From NCBI GenBank assembly GCA_036786355.1, contig DAIQRI010000008.1, forward strand, positions 1,919 through 65,918: a stretch of 64,000 nucleotides of DNA, read 5' to 3'. The notes beneath the pieces are model-generated. The model did not search any database. It was not told the DNA's origin and saw nothing but the letters and a program-made list of their open reading frames with translations. A program made the position numbers and the translations under genes. The DNA comes from Cellulomonas sp. Its GTDB lineage: Bacteria > Actinomycetota > Actinomycetes > Actinomycetales > Cellulomonadaceae. Below, piece by piece: positions 1-10,999 of this stretch (positions are counted from its first letter, which is position 1; the number at the start of each line of letters is the position of its first letter).

Positions 1-295
1 GCGTCGCCATGGCGTTCTCCCACTGGTCGACGCTCACGATCAGGCCGAAGCCGACCAGCGTGACCAGGGCGAGCTTCCAGCCCTTGACGGCGAACGCGAG
101 CCCGACGAGCACGAGCACGACGGCCCATGCGGGCGGTGTGGTCAGCACGAGCGAGAGGGTGTCGTACGCGGCATCCAGGACCGTCTTGATGGCCCCGAAG
201 AAGGGGTCGAACGAGAGGGTCATCTCGGTCACGGCGGACTCGACCCAGTCCCCGAGCGGCAGGCGGTAGGGCAGGTCTGCGATTGCGGTGATCAT
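1..295 (-). CDS. Glycine betaine/proline-type ABC transporter permease (ProW/OpuAB-like). Only the N-terminal part is present; the gene runs off the window edge.
   Basis: The ORF track does not list it because it is truncated by the edge. Reverse-strand translation from the ATG at 295-293 gives MITAIADLPYRLPLGDWVESAVTEMTLSFDPFFGAIKTVLDAAYDTLSLVLTTPPAWAVVLVLVGLAF. This follows the N-terminal pattern of OpuAB/ProW permeases. The start overlaps the stop of the upstream ATPase (292-294) as ATGA. Confidence 0.6.
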   Translation of the reverse strand, partial: MITAIADLPYRLPLGDWVESAVTEMTLSFDPFFGAIKTVLDAAYDTLSLVLTTPPAWAVVLVLVGLAFAVKGWKLALVTLVGFGLIVSVDQWENAMAT

Positions 296-1608
296 CGGGC
301 GTCTCCTGACGTCGTCAGGTCAAGTTCGTCGACGTCGAGTTCGTCGACGTCGAGTTCGTCGACGTCGAGGTCGTCGGCGGCGGGCTCGGCGATGGAAGGC
401 TCGGTGGTCGACGACGCGTCGGGGGCGGGCTCGGCGGTGTTGGGCGTCATGGCCTCGAGCAGCGTCACGCGCGGGATCACCCCGACCAGGCGGCCGCGGG
501 AGTCGATGACCGGGACGGGCAGCGGCGTCTCGGCGGCGGGCGCGAACAGCTCGGCGAGCAGCGCATCCTCGGCGACGGGGGAGACCTCGTCGAGCGTGAG
601 GTCGACCAGTGCGCCACCGCCCGCGCGGACCGCGGCGACGACGTCGGAGTCGCGCACCACACCGAGCAGCTTGCGGTCGTGGTCGATGACGTAGGCCGCC
701 GAGGTCTGGGACTCCTTCATCTGGCGCAGCGCGACGTGCGGGCCGCCGGACGCGGTGACGACGGCCTTCGCACGGACCATCACCGAGCCGGCGGTGAGCA
801 CCCGCGTGCGGTCGACGTCGGCCACGAAGGTCGCGACGTACTCGTCGGCGGGCTCGGACAGGATCTGCTCGGACGTGCCGATCTGCACGATCCGGCCGTC
901 GCGCATCATGGCGATCCGGTCTCCCAGGTGCATGGCCTCGTTGAGGTCGTGCGTGATGAAGATGATCGTCTTGCCGAGCGTCTGCTGGAGCTCGAGGAGC
1001 TGTTCCTGCATCTCGCCGCGGATCAGCGGGTCGAGCGCGGAGAACGCCTCGTCCATGAGCAGCACGTCGGTGTCGGCGGCGAGGGCGCGGGCGAGCCCGA
1101 CGCGCTGGCGCATGCCGCCGGAGAGCTGGGACGGCAGCGAGTCCTCCCACCCGTCCAGTCCGACCAGGCCGAGCGAGGTCGCGGCCCGACGGCGGCGCTC
1201 GGCGCGGTCGATGCCCTGGATCTCCAGCGGGTACGCGGCGTTGTCGAGCACCGAGCGGTGCGGCAGCAGCGCGAAGTGCTGGAAGACCATGCTGACCTTG
1301 CGCTGGCGGATCTCGCGCAGCTCGGACGCGCTGACCTGGGACAGGTCGGCGTCGCCGAGCAGGATCTTCCCGGCGGTGGGCCGGACGAGCCCGTTCAGCA
1401 TCCGGATGAGCGTCGACTTGCCGGAGCCCGAGAGCCCCATCACGACGAACGTCTCGCCGGGGGTCACCTCGAAGCTCGTGTCGATCACGGCCGCGGTCCC
1501 GAGGTTCTTGATCTCCTCGCGGGACGCGCCGTCGCGCAGGCGCTTCACGGCCTCCTGCGGCCGTCGTCCGAACACCTTGAACACGCCTTCGGCGCGCAGT
1601 GCAGTCAC
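292..1608 (-). CDS. Glycine betaine/proline ABC transporter ATP-binding protein (ProV/OpuAA-like) with tandem CBS domains and an acidic repeat tail
   Basis: ORF 292..1833(-). It has Walker A (GLSGSGKST), the ABC signature (LSGGMRQR) and Walker B (LLMDEAFSALD), followed by a CBS-pair-like region. I trimmed the start to the GTG at 1608, which is preceded by GGAGAG. The upstream part of the ORF is Arg/Cys-rich and not protein-like. Confidence 0.85.
   Translation of the reverse strand: MTALRAEGVFKVFGRRPQEAVKRLRDGASREEIKNLGTAAVIDTSFEVTPGETFVVMGLSGSGKSTLIRMLNGLVRPTAGKILLGDADLSQVSASELREIRQRKVSMVFQHFALLPHRSVLDNAAYPLEIQGIDRAERRRRAATSLGLVGLDGWEDSLPSQLSGGMRQRVGLARALAADTDVLLMDEAFSALDPLIRGEMQEQLLELQQTLGKTIIFITHDLNEAMHLGDRIAMMRDGRIVQIGTSEQILSEPADEYVATFVADVDRTRVLTAGSVMVRAKAVVTASGGPHVALRQMKESQTSAAYVIDHDRKLLGVVRDSDVVAAVRAGGGALVDLTLDEVSPVAEDALLAELFAPAAETPLPVPVIDSRGRLVGVIPRVTLLEAMTPNTAEPAPDASSTTEPSIAEPAADDLDVDELDVDELDVDELDLTTSGDAR
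324..376. repeat. 15-bp tandem repeat (GTTCGTCGACGTCGA, about 3.5 units) inside the ProV-like gene
   Basis: Units at 324-338, 339-353 and 354-368 are identical, and a degenerate partial unit follows. On the minus strand they encode the C-terminal tail DDLDVDELDVDELDVDELDL. Confidence 0.9.
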
Positions 1609-2044
1609 GTCTCTCCCCGTTTCGCTTCGATCGTGGCCCGGACTCCGGTGCCCATGGGGGCGTGACGCAGCGGCGTCGCACGTCGTTCGCGCGCCGCAGC
1701 AGAAGTTCGGGCAGCCAGCCGGTCGGTGACGTCGCGCCAGCATCTTGTGCAGCTCGAGACGTCTCGGAAGGGGCTCCCCGCACCTTGCCGCGGCACCCTG
1801 TAGGAGCCGCTGGTCAGGTCGCGCACACGCCACCCAGTCCGACCGATCGTGGATCTGTTCGCTGTCACGATGCCCTGCCGCAGGCCAGGGACCTAACGCG
1901 CGTCAGGGGGGTCGGCACGCGTCGGACGGTTGTCGGCGCGCCGATAGCGCCGCTGACCTGCGGGTTTACTCATTTCGGACATGTGCGGACAAGGTGAGCG
2001 ACATCACGCCCCAAAGCCGCACATCGGGCCCGAAGCGAGTGCGG

Positions 2045-3694
<1,650 letters not shown>

Positions 3695-3858
3695 CGGTGA
3701 ATTCTCGCAGCCCCGAGTAGGATGGCCGCGCACTGCGGCGGTGCTGCCCACCTGCCTCAAGGGCGCTCGCAACGGCCCAGCGCGTCCGCGCCGACAATCG
3801 TTGCATCGCCTCGCCAGCCGCGTTCAGATGAACCACCCATTCGAACCACCGGAGTGAC

Positions 3859-5328
<1,470 letters not shown>

Positions 5329-5380
5329 CCGCCCCCGAGACGGGCCGGCCCGCCGGCCGCCCCGCCTGAGTCGAGAAGTC

Positions 5381-5420
5381 GAAATCCGCCCATCCGGTCG
5401 ACCGTGGATGGGCGGATTTC
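5381..5420. terminator. Bidirectional stem-loop between the convergent ahcY and RDD genes
   Basis: GAAATCCGCCCATCC (5381-5395) is the exact reverse complement of GGATGGGCGGATTTC (5406-5420). The loop is 10 nt (GGTCGACCGT). There is no clear U-tract. Confidence 0.5.
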
Positions 5421-5436
5421 GCCATCTCGTCGAGGG

Positions 5437-6255
5437 TCAGTCGACCGGGTCGGGGATCTGGTGGGGAAGGCGCCGGACCAGCTCGGCCTCGGCGGTGGCC
5501 GTCCGGTCGGCGGCGTGCGCGGCGGCGAACTCGCGGTCCCTGCGCTCGGCGAGGACGGCGGCGAGAAACATCTCGGGGTGCGTGCCGGGCGGGGGCGGCG
5601 GCGCGACGGCCAGCTCGGCCTGGCTCGCGAGCTCACGTCCGAGCCGCTCGCGCGACGCCGGGTGCAGCGTGTTCGCCCGGCCGAGGAACTGGCGGGCGGC
5701 GAGCGCGAGCCCATCGGGCAGCCGGCGCATGTCCGCACTGTGGGCCCAGCCGGCGAGCTGGTACGGCATCGCCACGGGTGGCAGGGTCCGCTGGGCGCCG
5801 CGCACCCGGACCGCATAGGTGCCGGCGACGATGTCGCCCACGCGCTTGCCCTTGTCGTTGAGCAGCGACGTGATCAGTGCGACCGAGCCTGCGGTCATCC
5901 ACAGCTCACCGGTCCCGGTGAGCGCCCGGATCAGGGCGTGGCGGAAGCGGACCGGGCCGCCGTCGTCGCGCACGATCCGGATCCCGGCGGCGAGCTTCCC
6001 GAGCGACCGGCCCCGGGTCAGCGTCTCGACGGTGACCGGGATCAGCACCATCACCGTGACGATCACGAGGACGCCGATCGCCCGTCCCGCCGAGTCGCTG
6101 ATCTGAGTGCCGAGCCCGCCCAGCACGATCGAGATGAGGATCGCGATGCCGACGATGACCGTCAGGTCGAGCAGCGCGGCGAGCATCCGCGACGCGAACG
6201 ACGCCGGTCGGGCGTCGAGCAGCACGCCCTCGCCGGTGAGAATGCCCTCGCTCAT
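5437..6255 (-). CDS. RDD family membrane protein
   Basis: The 272-aa ORF has the N-terminal pattern GEGVLLDARPASFASRMLAALLDLTVIVG, followed by further hydrophobic helices typical of RDD-domain proteins. Confidence 0.75.
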   Translation of the reverse strand: MSEGILTGEGVLLDARPASFASRMLAALLDLTVIVGIAILISIVLGGLGTQISDSAGRAIGVLVIVTVMVLIPVTVETLTRGRSLGKLAAGIRIVRDDGGPVRFRHALIRALTGTGELWMTAGSVALITSLLNDKGKRVGDIVAGTYAVRVRGAQRTLPPVAMPYQLAGWAHSADMRRLPDGLALAARQFLGRANTLHPASRERLGRELASQAELAVAPPPPPGTHPEMFLAAVLAERRDREFAAAHAADRTATAEAELVRRLPHQIPDPVD

Positions 6256-6328
6256 TGCCGTGATCCCTCGCTCGCGTCCGGTGTCCTACTCTCCGCTGCG
6301 CGCCCGCCGCTGTGGCAGGGTATCGGGG

Positions 6329-7318
6329 GTGGACCTGGATGCGTTCTCTGCGGTGCGCGGCGCGGCCTGGGCGCGCCTCGACGAGCTGACCAAGCGGCGC
6401 CGTCTGACCGGTACCGAGAGCGACGAGATCGTGCGCCTGTACCAGTCGGTCGCGACCGATCTGTCGACCGTGCGTTCCACCGCACCGGACCCCGCGACCG
6501 TGTCCAGGCTCTCCGATCTGCTGGGGCGCGCGCGCGCGGCCATCGCCGGGGCGCACGAACCCGCCTGGGCGGACGTCACCCGGTTCCTCGTCGTCTCGCT
6601 GCCAGCCGCGCTGTACCGGATCCGGTGGTGGACCGTCGCGATCATGCTCGGCAGCCTGCTCCTGGCGACGATCGCGGGCTGGTGGGTCGTGACCCAGCCG
6701 GACGCCCTCGCCGCGATGGGCACGCCCGCCGAGCAGGACAAGTACGTCGACAACGCGTTCTCCCAGTACTACGACCCGTCGGCGGGCTTCGCGGCCATGG
6801 TGTGGACCAACAACGCGTGGCTCGCGGCGCAGTGCATCGGGCTGGGTATCAGCGGTGTCATGCCGGTCCTCGTCCTGGTCACGAACGCCGTCAACGTCGG
6901 CGCGGTCGGCGGGATGATGGCGGCGCACGGCCACCTCGGCGTGTTCTTCTCGCTCATCTCACCGCACGGAATGCTCGAGCTGACAGCCCTGTTCGTGGCC
7001 GGCGCGGCGGGCCTGCGGATCTTCTGGGCCTGGATCGATCCGGGCCACCGGCCCCGTGCGCGGGCCGTCGCGGAGGAGGGACGCGCGCTGATCACCGTCG
7101 CGATCGGGCTGGTCGGCGTGCTTGCGGTCTCGGGCCTGATCGAGGGGTTCCTGACCGGCTCGACCCTGCCGTGGGCGGTCAAGATCGCGGTGGGCGCGAT
7201 CGCGGTCGCCGCGTTCTGGGTCTACACGATCGTGCTCGGCCGCCGGGCGGTCGCGGCGGGGGAGACCGGCGACCTCGACGCCGACCGCGCCGGGCAGACC
7301 CTGCCCGTCGCCGGCTGA
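6329..7318 (+). CDS. SpoIIM-like (DUF95) integral membrane protein
   Basis: The gene lies in frame with ORF 6107..7318(+). I placed the start at the GTG at 6329 (VDLDAFSAVRGAAWARLDEL). Multiple TM helices follow. In actinobacteria this family is usually annotated as stage II sporulation protein M-like. Confidence 0.7.
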   Translation: MDLDAFSAVRGAAWARLDELTKRRRLTGTESDEIVRLYQSVATDLSTVRSTAPDPATVSRLSDLLGRARAAIAGAHEPAWADVTRFLVVSLPAALYRIRWWTVAIMLGSLLLATIAGWWVVTQPDALAAMGTPAEQDKYVDNAFSQYYDPSAGFAAMVWTNNAWLAAQCIGLGISGVMPVLVLVTNAVNVGAVGGMMAAHGHLGVFFSLISPHGMLELTALFVAGAAGLRIFWAWIDPGHRPRARAVAEEGRALITVAIGLVGVLAVSGLIEGFLTGSTLPWAVKIAVGAIAVAAFWVYTIVLGRRAVAAGETGDLDADRAGQTLPVAG

Positions 7319-7333
7319 CGGCGCGGCGCGAGG

Positions 7334-8545
7334 TCAGCTCCCGACCGCGTCGTGGCGCTGCACGCGGTGGGTGTCGGCGTCGTCGGCGACGAAGCGGACG
7401 AGCCGGTCCGCCTCCGCCTCGGTCTGTGCCCACTGGGAGCGGGTGAGCGCGCCGAACGGCTCGACGACGAGCGTCGCCACCCGCCCGGCCCGCCGCACCG
7501 TCCACGAGCCTGCCGCGACGCCGTCGACCAGCACGGCGCCCGGGACCGCGCCGTTGGACCGCCACAGCCGACGGCGGTTCTGCTCGCTCACCAGCCGGGT
7601 GCGGTCCGCATAGGCGACCAGCAGGTTGTCGAACTCCGGCAGGAACCGCACCGGCGCCGCAATGTCCTGCGCCGGCCGGGGCGCGCCCGGCAGGTCGAAG
7701 AGCTCCCGTCCATTGCGCGCCCCGGGCGACGGCTCGGCCCGGAACGTCACCAGCCGCGGCCGCAACCGCTCGAACACCGCCCCGAGCCGGCTCAGCCCGC
7801 TCCACTGCTGTGCGTCGGCAACGCTCGCCGGCCCGAACGCCTCCAGATACCGCAGCACCAGGCCCTCCGCCGAGAGTGGAGCTGTCGCCCCTGGAAGGCG
7901 CGTTCCAGGGGCCAGAACTCCACTCTCGGCGGAGGTCGGGCTGAGCCAGGCGCGGGTCGTGGTCCAGGTGGTGGGGCCGGACCTGCCCCACACGGCGCGC
8001 GGGGGGATCTGGACCAGGGGCAGCACGCAGCGGGCGCCGTACGTGAGGGAACCAGGGTCGACGTCGGGCCAGCGCGGCGACAGGGCCTCGCCCAGCTCGG
8101 CCGGGCCGAGGGGCCGCGCCTCGAGCAGCTCCCGGGCCCGCGCCGCGAGCTCACCGAGGTCGATGTCGCGCAGCTGCGGACCGTAGGTCGCATTGGTGCG
8201 CAGGAACCGCTCGAGCGGCGCCGTCGTCACCGGCGGCAGCGCGAACGCGTCGGCGGCCGTGACCAGGTGGATGGTGCCGCGCATCAGGACGATCCGCACC
8301 GCGCTGCGGTCGAGGATCCGGTCCGCGAGGGCGGCATGCGTGAACCCGGCGAGCCTGGTCCACAGCCCGGTGTACGGCGCCCACGGCGCCTGGGCCTGCA
8401 GGCCGACCAGATGCTCGATCATCCCCAGCGCGGTGAGCTCGGAACGTTCGAGCAGGTGCTGGCGCGCAAGGACCGCCCGCCCGAGGGCGCGCGGGCCGAG
8501 CACGCCGCCGTCCGGAGCGGGACCCGGGCCCCGTCCTGCGCTCAC
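7334..8545 (-). CDS. Winged-helix DNA-binding domain protein of the DUF1006/HTH_42 superfamily, AlkZ-like subtype (QxQ motif)
   Basis: The 403-aa ORF has the N-terminal sequence RAVLARQHLLERS...IEHLVGLQAQAPWAPYTGLW, which is characteristic of the AlkZ/YcaQ superfamily. The GTG start at 8545 overlaps the DUF58 stop (8542-8544) as GTGA. Confidence 0.7.
   Translation of the reverse strand: MSAGRGPGPAPDGGVLGPRALGRAVLARQHLLERSELTALGMIEHLVGLQAQAPWAPYTGLWTRLAGFTHAALADRILDRSAVRIVLMRGTIHLVTAADAFALPPVTTAPLERFLRTNATYGPQLRDIDLGELAARARELLEARPLGPAELGEALSPRWPDVDPGSLTYGARCVLPLVQIPPRAVWGRSGPTTWTTTRAWLSPTSAESGVLAPGTRLPGATAPLSAEGLVLRYLEAFGPASVADAQQWSGLSRLGAVFERLRPRLVTFRAEPSPGARNGRELFDLPGAPRPAQDIAAPVRFLPEFDNLLVAYADRTRLVSEQNRRRLWRSNGAVPGAVLVDGVAAGSWTVRRAGRVATLVVEPFGALTRSQWAQTEAEADRLVRFVADDADTHRVQRHDAVGS
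7864..7935. repeat. 72-nt near-perfect palindromic (hairpin) element embedded in frame in the AlkZ-like CDS
   Basis: Positions 7864-7881 (CCTCCGCCGAGAGTGGAG) are the exact reverse complement of 7918-7935. An inner stem pairs 7887-7896 with 7903-7912 around a GGCGCG loop, and CTG/CAG adds 3 more pairs. About 31 of 33 arm positions pair. Confidence 0.9.
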
Positions 8546-9834
8546 AGCCGCCCGGCGGCCTTGAGCTGGAGGTAGGTGTCCGCGAGCCGCGGTGCGAGGT
8601 CGTCGGGCAGCGCGTCCACGATGCTCACTCCGCGCTGGCGCAACCGGGCGGCCACCGCCGCGCGCTCGAGCTCACCGCGTTCGGCCGCCGCGGCGTCGAA
8701 CACCTCGGCCGCACCGGACCGCCCCGCGAGCAGCGCGGCGACCTCGGGGTCGCGGACCGAGGCGAGCACGACCGTGTGGTCGTCCGTGAGCTGCCCGACG
8801 ACGCCGAGCAGCCCCGACTCGACCGCCGCCGGTTCGAGGGTCGACAGCAGCACGACGAGGGCCCGCTGGGACAGCCGCTCGCGGACCAGGGCGACGACGC
8901 CCGGCCAGTTCGTCTCCACGAGCGCGGGCTCGAGCGGTGCCAGCGCGTTCGCGAGCGCGGGCATCAGGTTCGGCCCGCTCGCGCCGGCGACCCGAGCGCG
9001 CAGCCGGCGGTCGTAGGCGACCAGCTCGACCCGGTCGCCGGCCCGGGACGCCAGGGCCGACAGCAGCAGCGCCGCCTCGATCGACGCGTCGAGCCGGGGC
9101 TCGTCACCGATCCGCGCGGCGGACGTTCGTGAGGTGTCGAGCACGAGCAGCACCCGGCGGTCCCGTTCGGGCCGCCAGGTACGCACCACGACCTCCGAGC
9201 GCCGCGCGGTGGCGCGCCAGTCGATCGAGCGCACGTCGTCGCCGATCACGTACTCGCGCAGCGAGTCGAACTCGGTGCCCTGACCGCGGACCTGGACCGC
9301 CGAGCGACCGTCGAGCTCGCGCAGCCGTGCCAGCCGGCTCGGCAGGTGGCGCCGCGAGGCGAACTCGGGCAGCACCCGCAGCACGGCGGGCACCTCGAGC
9401 GACACCTGGCGGGCGGCCAGGCCGAGGGGCCCGAACGAGCGGATCGTCACCCGGTCCGCCAGCCGGTCCCCGCGCCGCGTCGGGGAGAGCACGGTCACCA
9501 GCCGCCGGGACTCCCCGGCGGGCAGGTCGATCACGTGCCGGTTGGCGCGCGCTCCCGCGGACGGCTGCCAGGCGTCGCGGACCAGCGCGCGCAGCCGCCG
9601 TTCGGTCGGGTTCGTCAGCGTGAGCACCGACCGGGCCTGCTCGGTGAGCCGCACCGACCCCGGCACCGAGCGCGCGACGGCGATCGACCGCGGCGAGGTC
9701 GCCAGGGCGGCGTCGAGCGCGCACAGCCCGAGCACGGCGAGCGCCCACAGCACCGCGGTCCCCGGGACGGGGACCAGCAGCACCGGCACGACGCCGAACG
9801 CCGCGAGCGCAACCGCACGCCAGGTCAGGGCCAT
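8542..9834 (-). CDS. DUF58 domain protein (vWA-like), N-terminally membrane anchored
   Basis: The 430-aa ORF has N-terminal hydrophobic helices, then a DUF58-type core (FDSLREYVIGDDVRSIDWRATARRSEVVVRTW...VLLVLDTS). It lies directly downstream of MoxR, which is the canonical partner. Confidence 0.8.
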   Translation of the reverse strand: MALTWRAVALAAFGVVPVLLVPVPGTAVLWALAVLGLCALDAALATSPRSIAVARSVPGSVRLTEQARSVLTLTNPTERRLRALVRDAWQPSAGARANRHVIDLPAGESRRLVTVLSPTRRGDRLADRVTIRSFGPLGLAARQVSLEVPAVLRVLPEFASRRHLPSRLARLRELDGRSAVQVRGQGTEFDSLREYVIGDDVRSIDWRATARRSEVVVRTWRPERDRRVLLVLDTSRTSAARIGDEPRLDASIEAALLLSALASRAGDRVELVAYDRRLRARVAGASGPNLMPALANALAPLEPALVETNWPGVVALVRERLSQRALVVLLSTLEPAAVESGLLGVVGQLTDDHTVVLASVRDPEVAALLAGRSGAAEVFDAAAAERGELERAAVAARLRQRGVSIVDALPDDLAPRLADTYLQLKAAGRL

Positions 9835-9859
9835 CTCAGCGGCTCGGTCTCGGCGGGCG

Positions 9860-10999
9860 TCAGCGGGGGACCGGGACGGCAGCGAGCACGGTGTCCAGCA
9901 CGCTCTCGCTGGTGACGCCCTCGAGCTCGGCCTCGGCGCGCAGCTGCACGCGGTGCCGCAGGGTCGGGTGCGCGAGCGCCTTGACGTCGTCCGGCGTGAC
10001 GTAGGTCCGCCCGCTGAGCCAGGCCCAGGCGCGTGCCGTCGCGAGCAGCGCCGTCGCGCCGCGCGGGGAGACGCCGAGCGAGAGCGACGGGGACTGCCGG
10101 GTGGCGCGGCACACGTCGACCGCGTACCCGAGCACCTCCGGGGCGACCTGCACGCGGGCGACCTCGGCGCGGGCCCGCTCGAGCATCTGCGCGCCGGCGA
10201 CCGGCCGGACCCCGGCGGCGTGCAGGTCCCGCGGGTTGAACCCGGCCGCGTGCCGCGCGAGGACCTCGATCTCCTGGTGCCGCTCGGGCATCGGGAGCAC
10301 GAGCTTGAGCAGGAACCGGTCGAGCTGGGCCTCGGGGAGCGGGTAGGTGCCCTCGTACTCGACCGGGTTCTGGGTCGCGATGACCAGGAACGGGTCGGGC
10401 AGCGCGCGCGGCGTCCCGTCCACGCTCACCTGGTTCTCCTCCATCGCCTCGAGCAGCGACGCCTGGGTCTTCGGGGGCGTGCGGTTGATCTCGTCCGCGA
10501 GCAGCAGGTTCGTGAACACGGGGCCCTTGCGGAAGCTGAACTCCGCCGTCCGCGCGTCGTACACGAGCGAGCCCGTGACGTCGCCGGGCATCAGGTCCGG
10601 CGTGAACTGCACGCGCTTGGTGTCGAGGTCCAGCGCCGCCGACAGGGTCCGCACGAGCAGCGTCTTGGCGACCCCGGGCACCCCCTCGAGCAGCACGTGC
10701 CCGCGGCACAGCAGCGCGATGACCAGCCCCGTCACGGCGGCGTCCTGCCCGACGACGGCCTTGGCGACCTCCGCGCGCACGGCGGCCAGGGCGTCACGCA
10801 GGTCGGTCGACGGCGCCGGCGGCGCCGCGGCGTGTCCGGGGTGCGCCTGGTCCGGCTGCCGAGCCTCCGGCTGCGGAGCCTCCGGCTGCGGAGCCTCCGG
10901 CCGAGTCGTCTCCGGCTGCGTCGCCTCGGGCCGCGCCACCTCCGGCTGCGCCGGATCTGGCTCGGGGACGGTCGGGGCCTCGCGGTATGCCTCGGTCAT
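9860..10999 (-). CDS. MoxR-family AAA+ ATPase
   Basis: It is part of ORF 9860..11395(-), with the start at the ATG at 10999 (MTEAYREAP), preceded by GGAGAG. Walker A is GVPGVAKT and Walker B is LLADEINR, with further MoxR-typical blocks (ATQNPVEYEGTYPLPEAQLDRF). Its start overlaps the upstream gene's stop as ATGA. Confidence 0.9.
   Translation of the reverse strand: MTEAYREAPTVPEPDPAQPEVARPEATQPETTRPEAPQPEAPQPEARQPDQAHPGHAAAPPAPSTDLRDALAAVRAEVAKAVVGQDAAVTGLVIALLCRGHVLLEGVPGVAKTLLVRTLSAALDLDTKRVQFTPDLMPGDVTGSLVYDARTAEFSFRKGPVFTNLLLADEINRTPPKTQASLLEAMEENQVSVDGTPRALPDPFLVIATQNPVEYEGTYPLPEAQLDRFLLKLVLPMPERHQEIEVLARHAAGFNPRDLHAAGVRPVAGAQMLERARAEVARVQVAPEVLGYAVDVCRATRQSPSLSLGVSPRGATALLATARAWAWLSGRTYVTPDDVKALAHPTLRHRVQLRAEAELEGVTSESVLDTVLAAVPVPR
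10846..10950. repeat. Degenerate 15-bp tandem repeat (about 7 units, core GAGCCTCCGGCTGCG) in the 5' end of the MoxR gene
   Basis: Units at 10861-10875 and 10876-10890 are identical and the flanking units diverge. On the minus strand the repeat encodes the Pro/Glu/Gln pentapeptide repeat PEATQPETTRPEAPQPEAPQPEARQPD. Confidence 0.85.

Noticed and set aside
9-269. 86-aa plus-strand ORF at the left edge
   Set aside because: It is antisense to the ProW/OpuAB-like permease N-terminus, which is coupled to the ProV-like gene by an ATGA overlap and has family-typical sequence.
3695-3858. Possible SAH riboswitch in the 164-nt leader of ahcY
   Set aside because: ahcY is a classic SAH-riboswitch-controlled gene, and the leader contains GCGCTCGCAACGGC. 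However, I could not find the expected P1 (CCGAGG...CUCGG) or the GAGCGC/GCGCUC pseudoknot pairing in the right order. An Rfam RF01057 scan would settle it.
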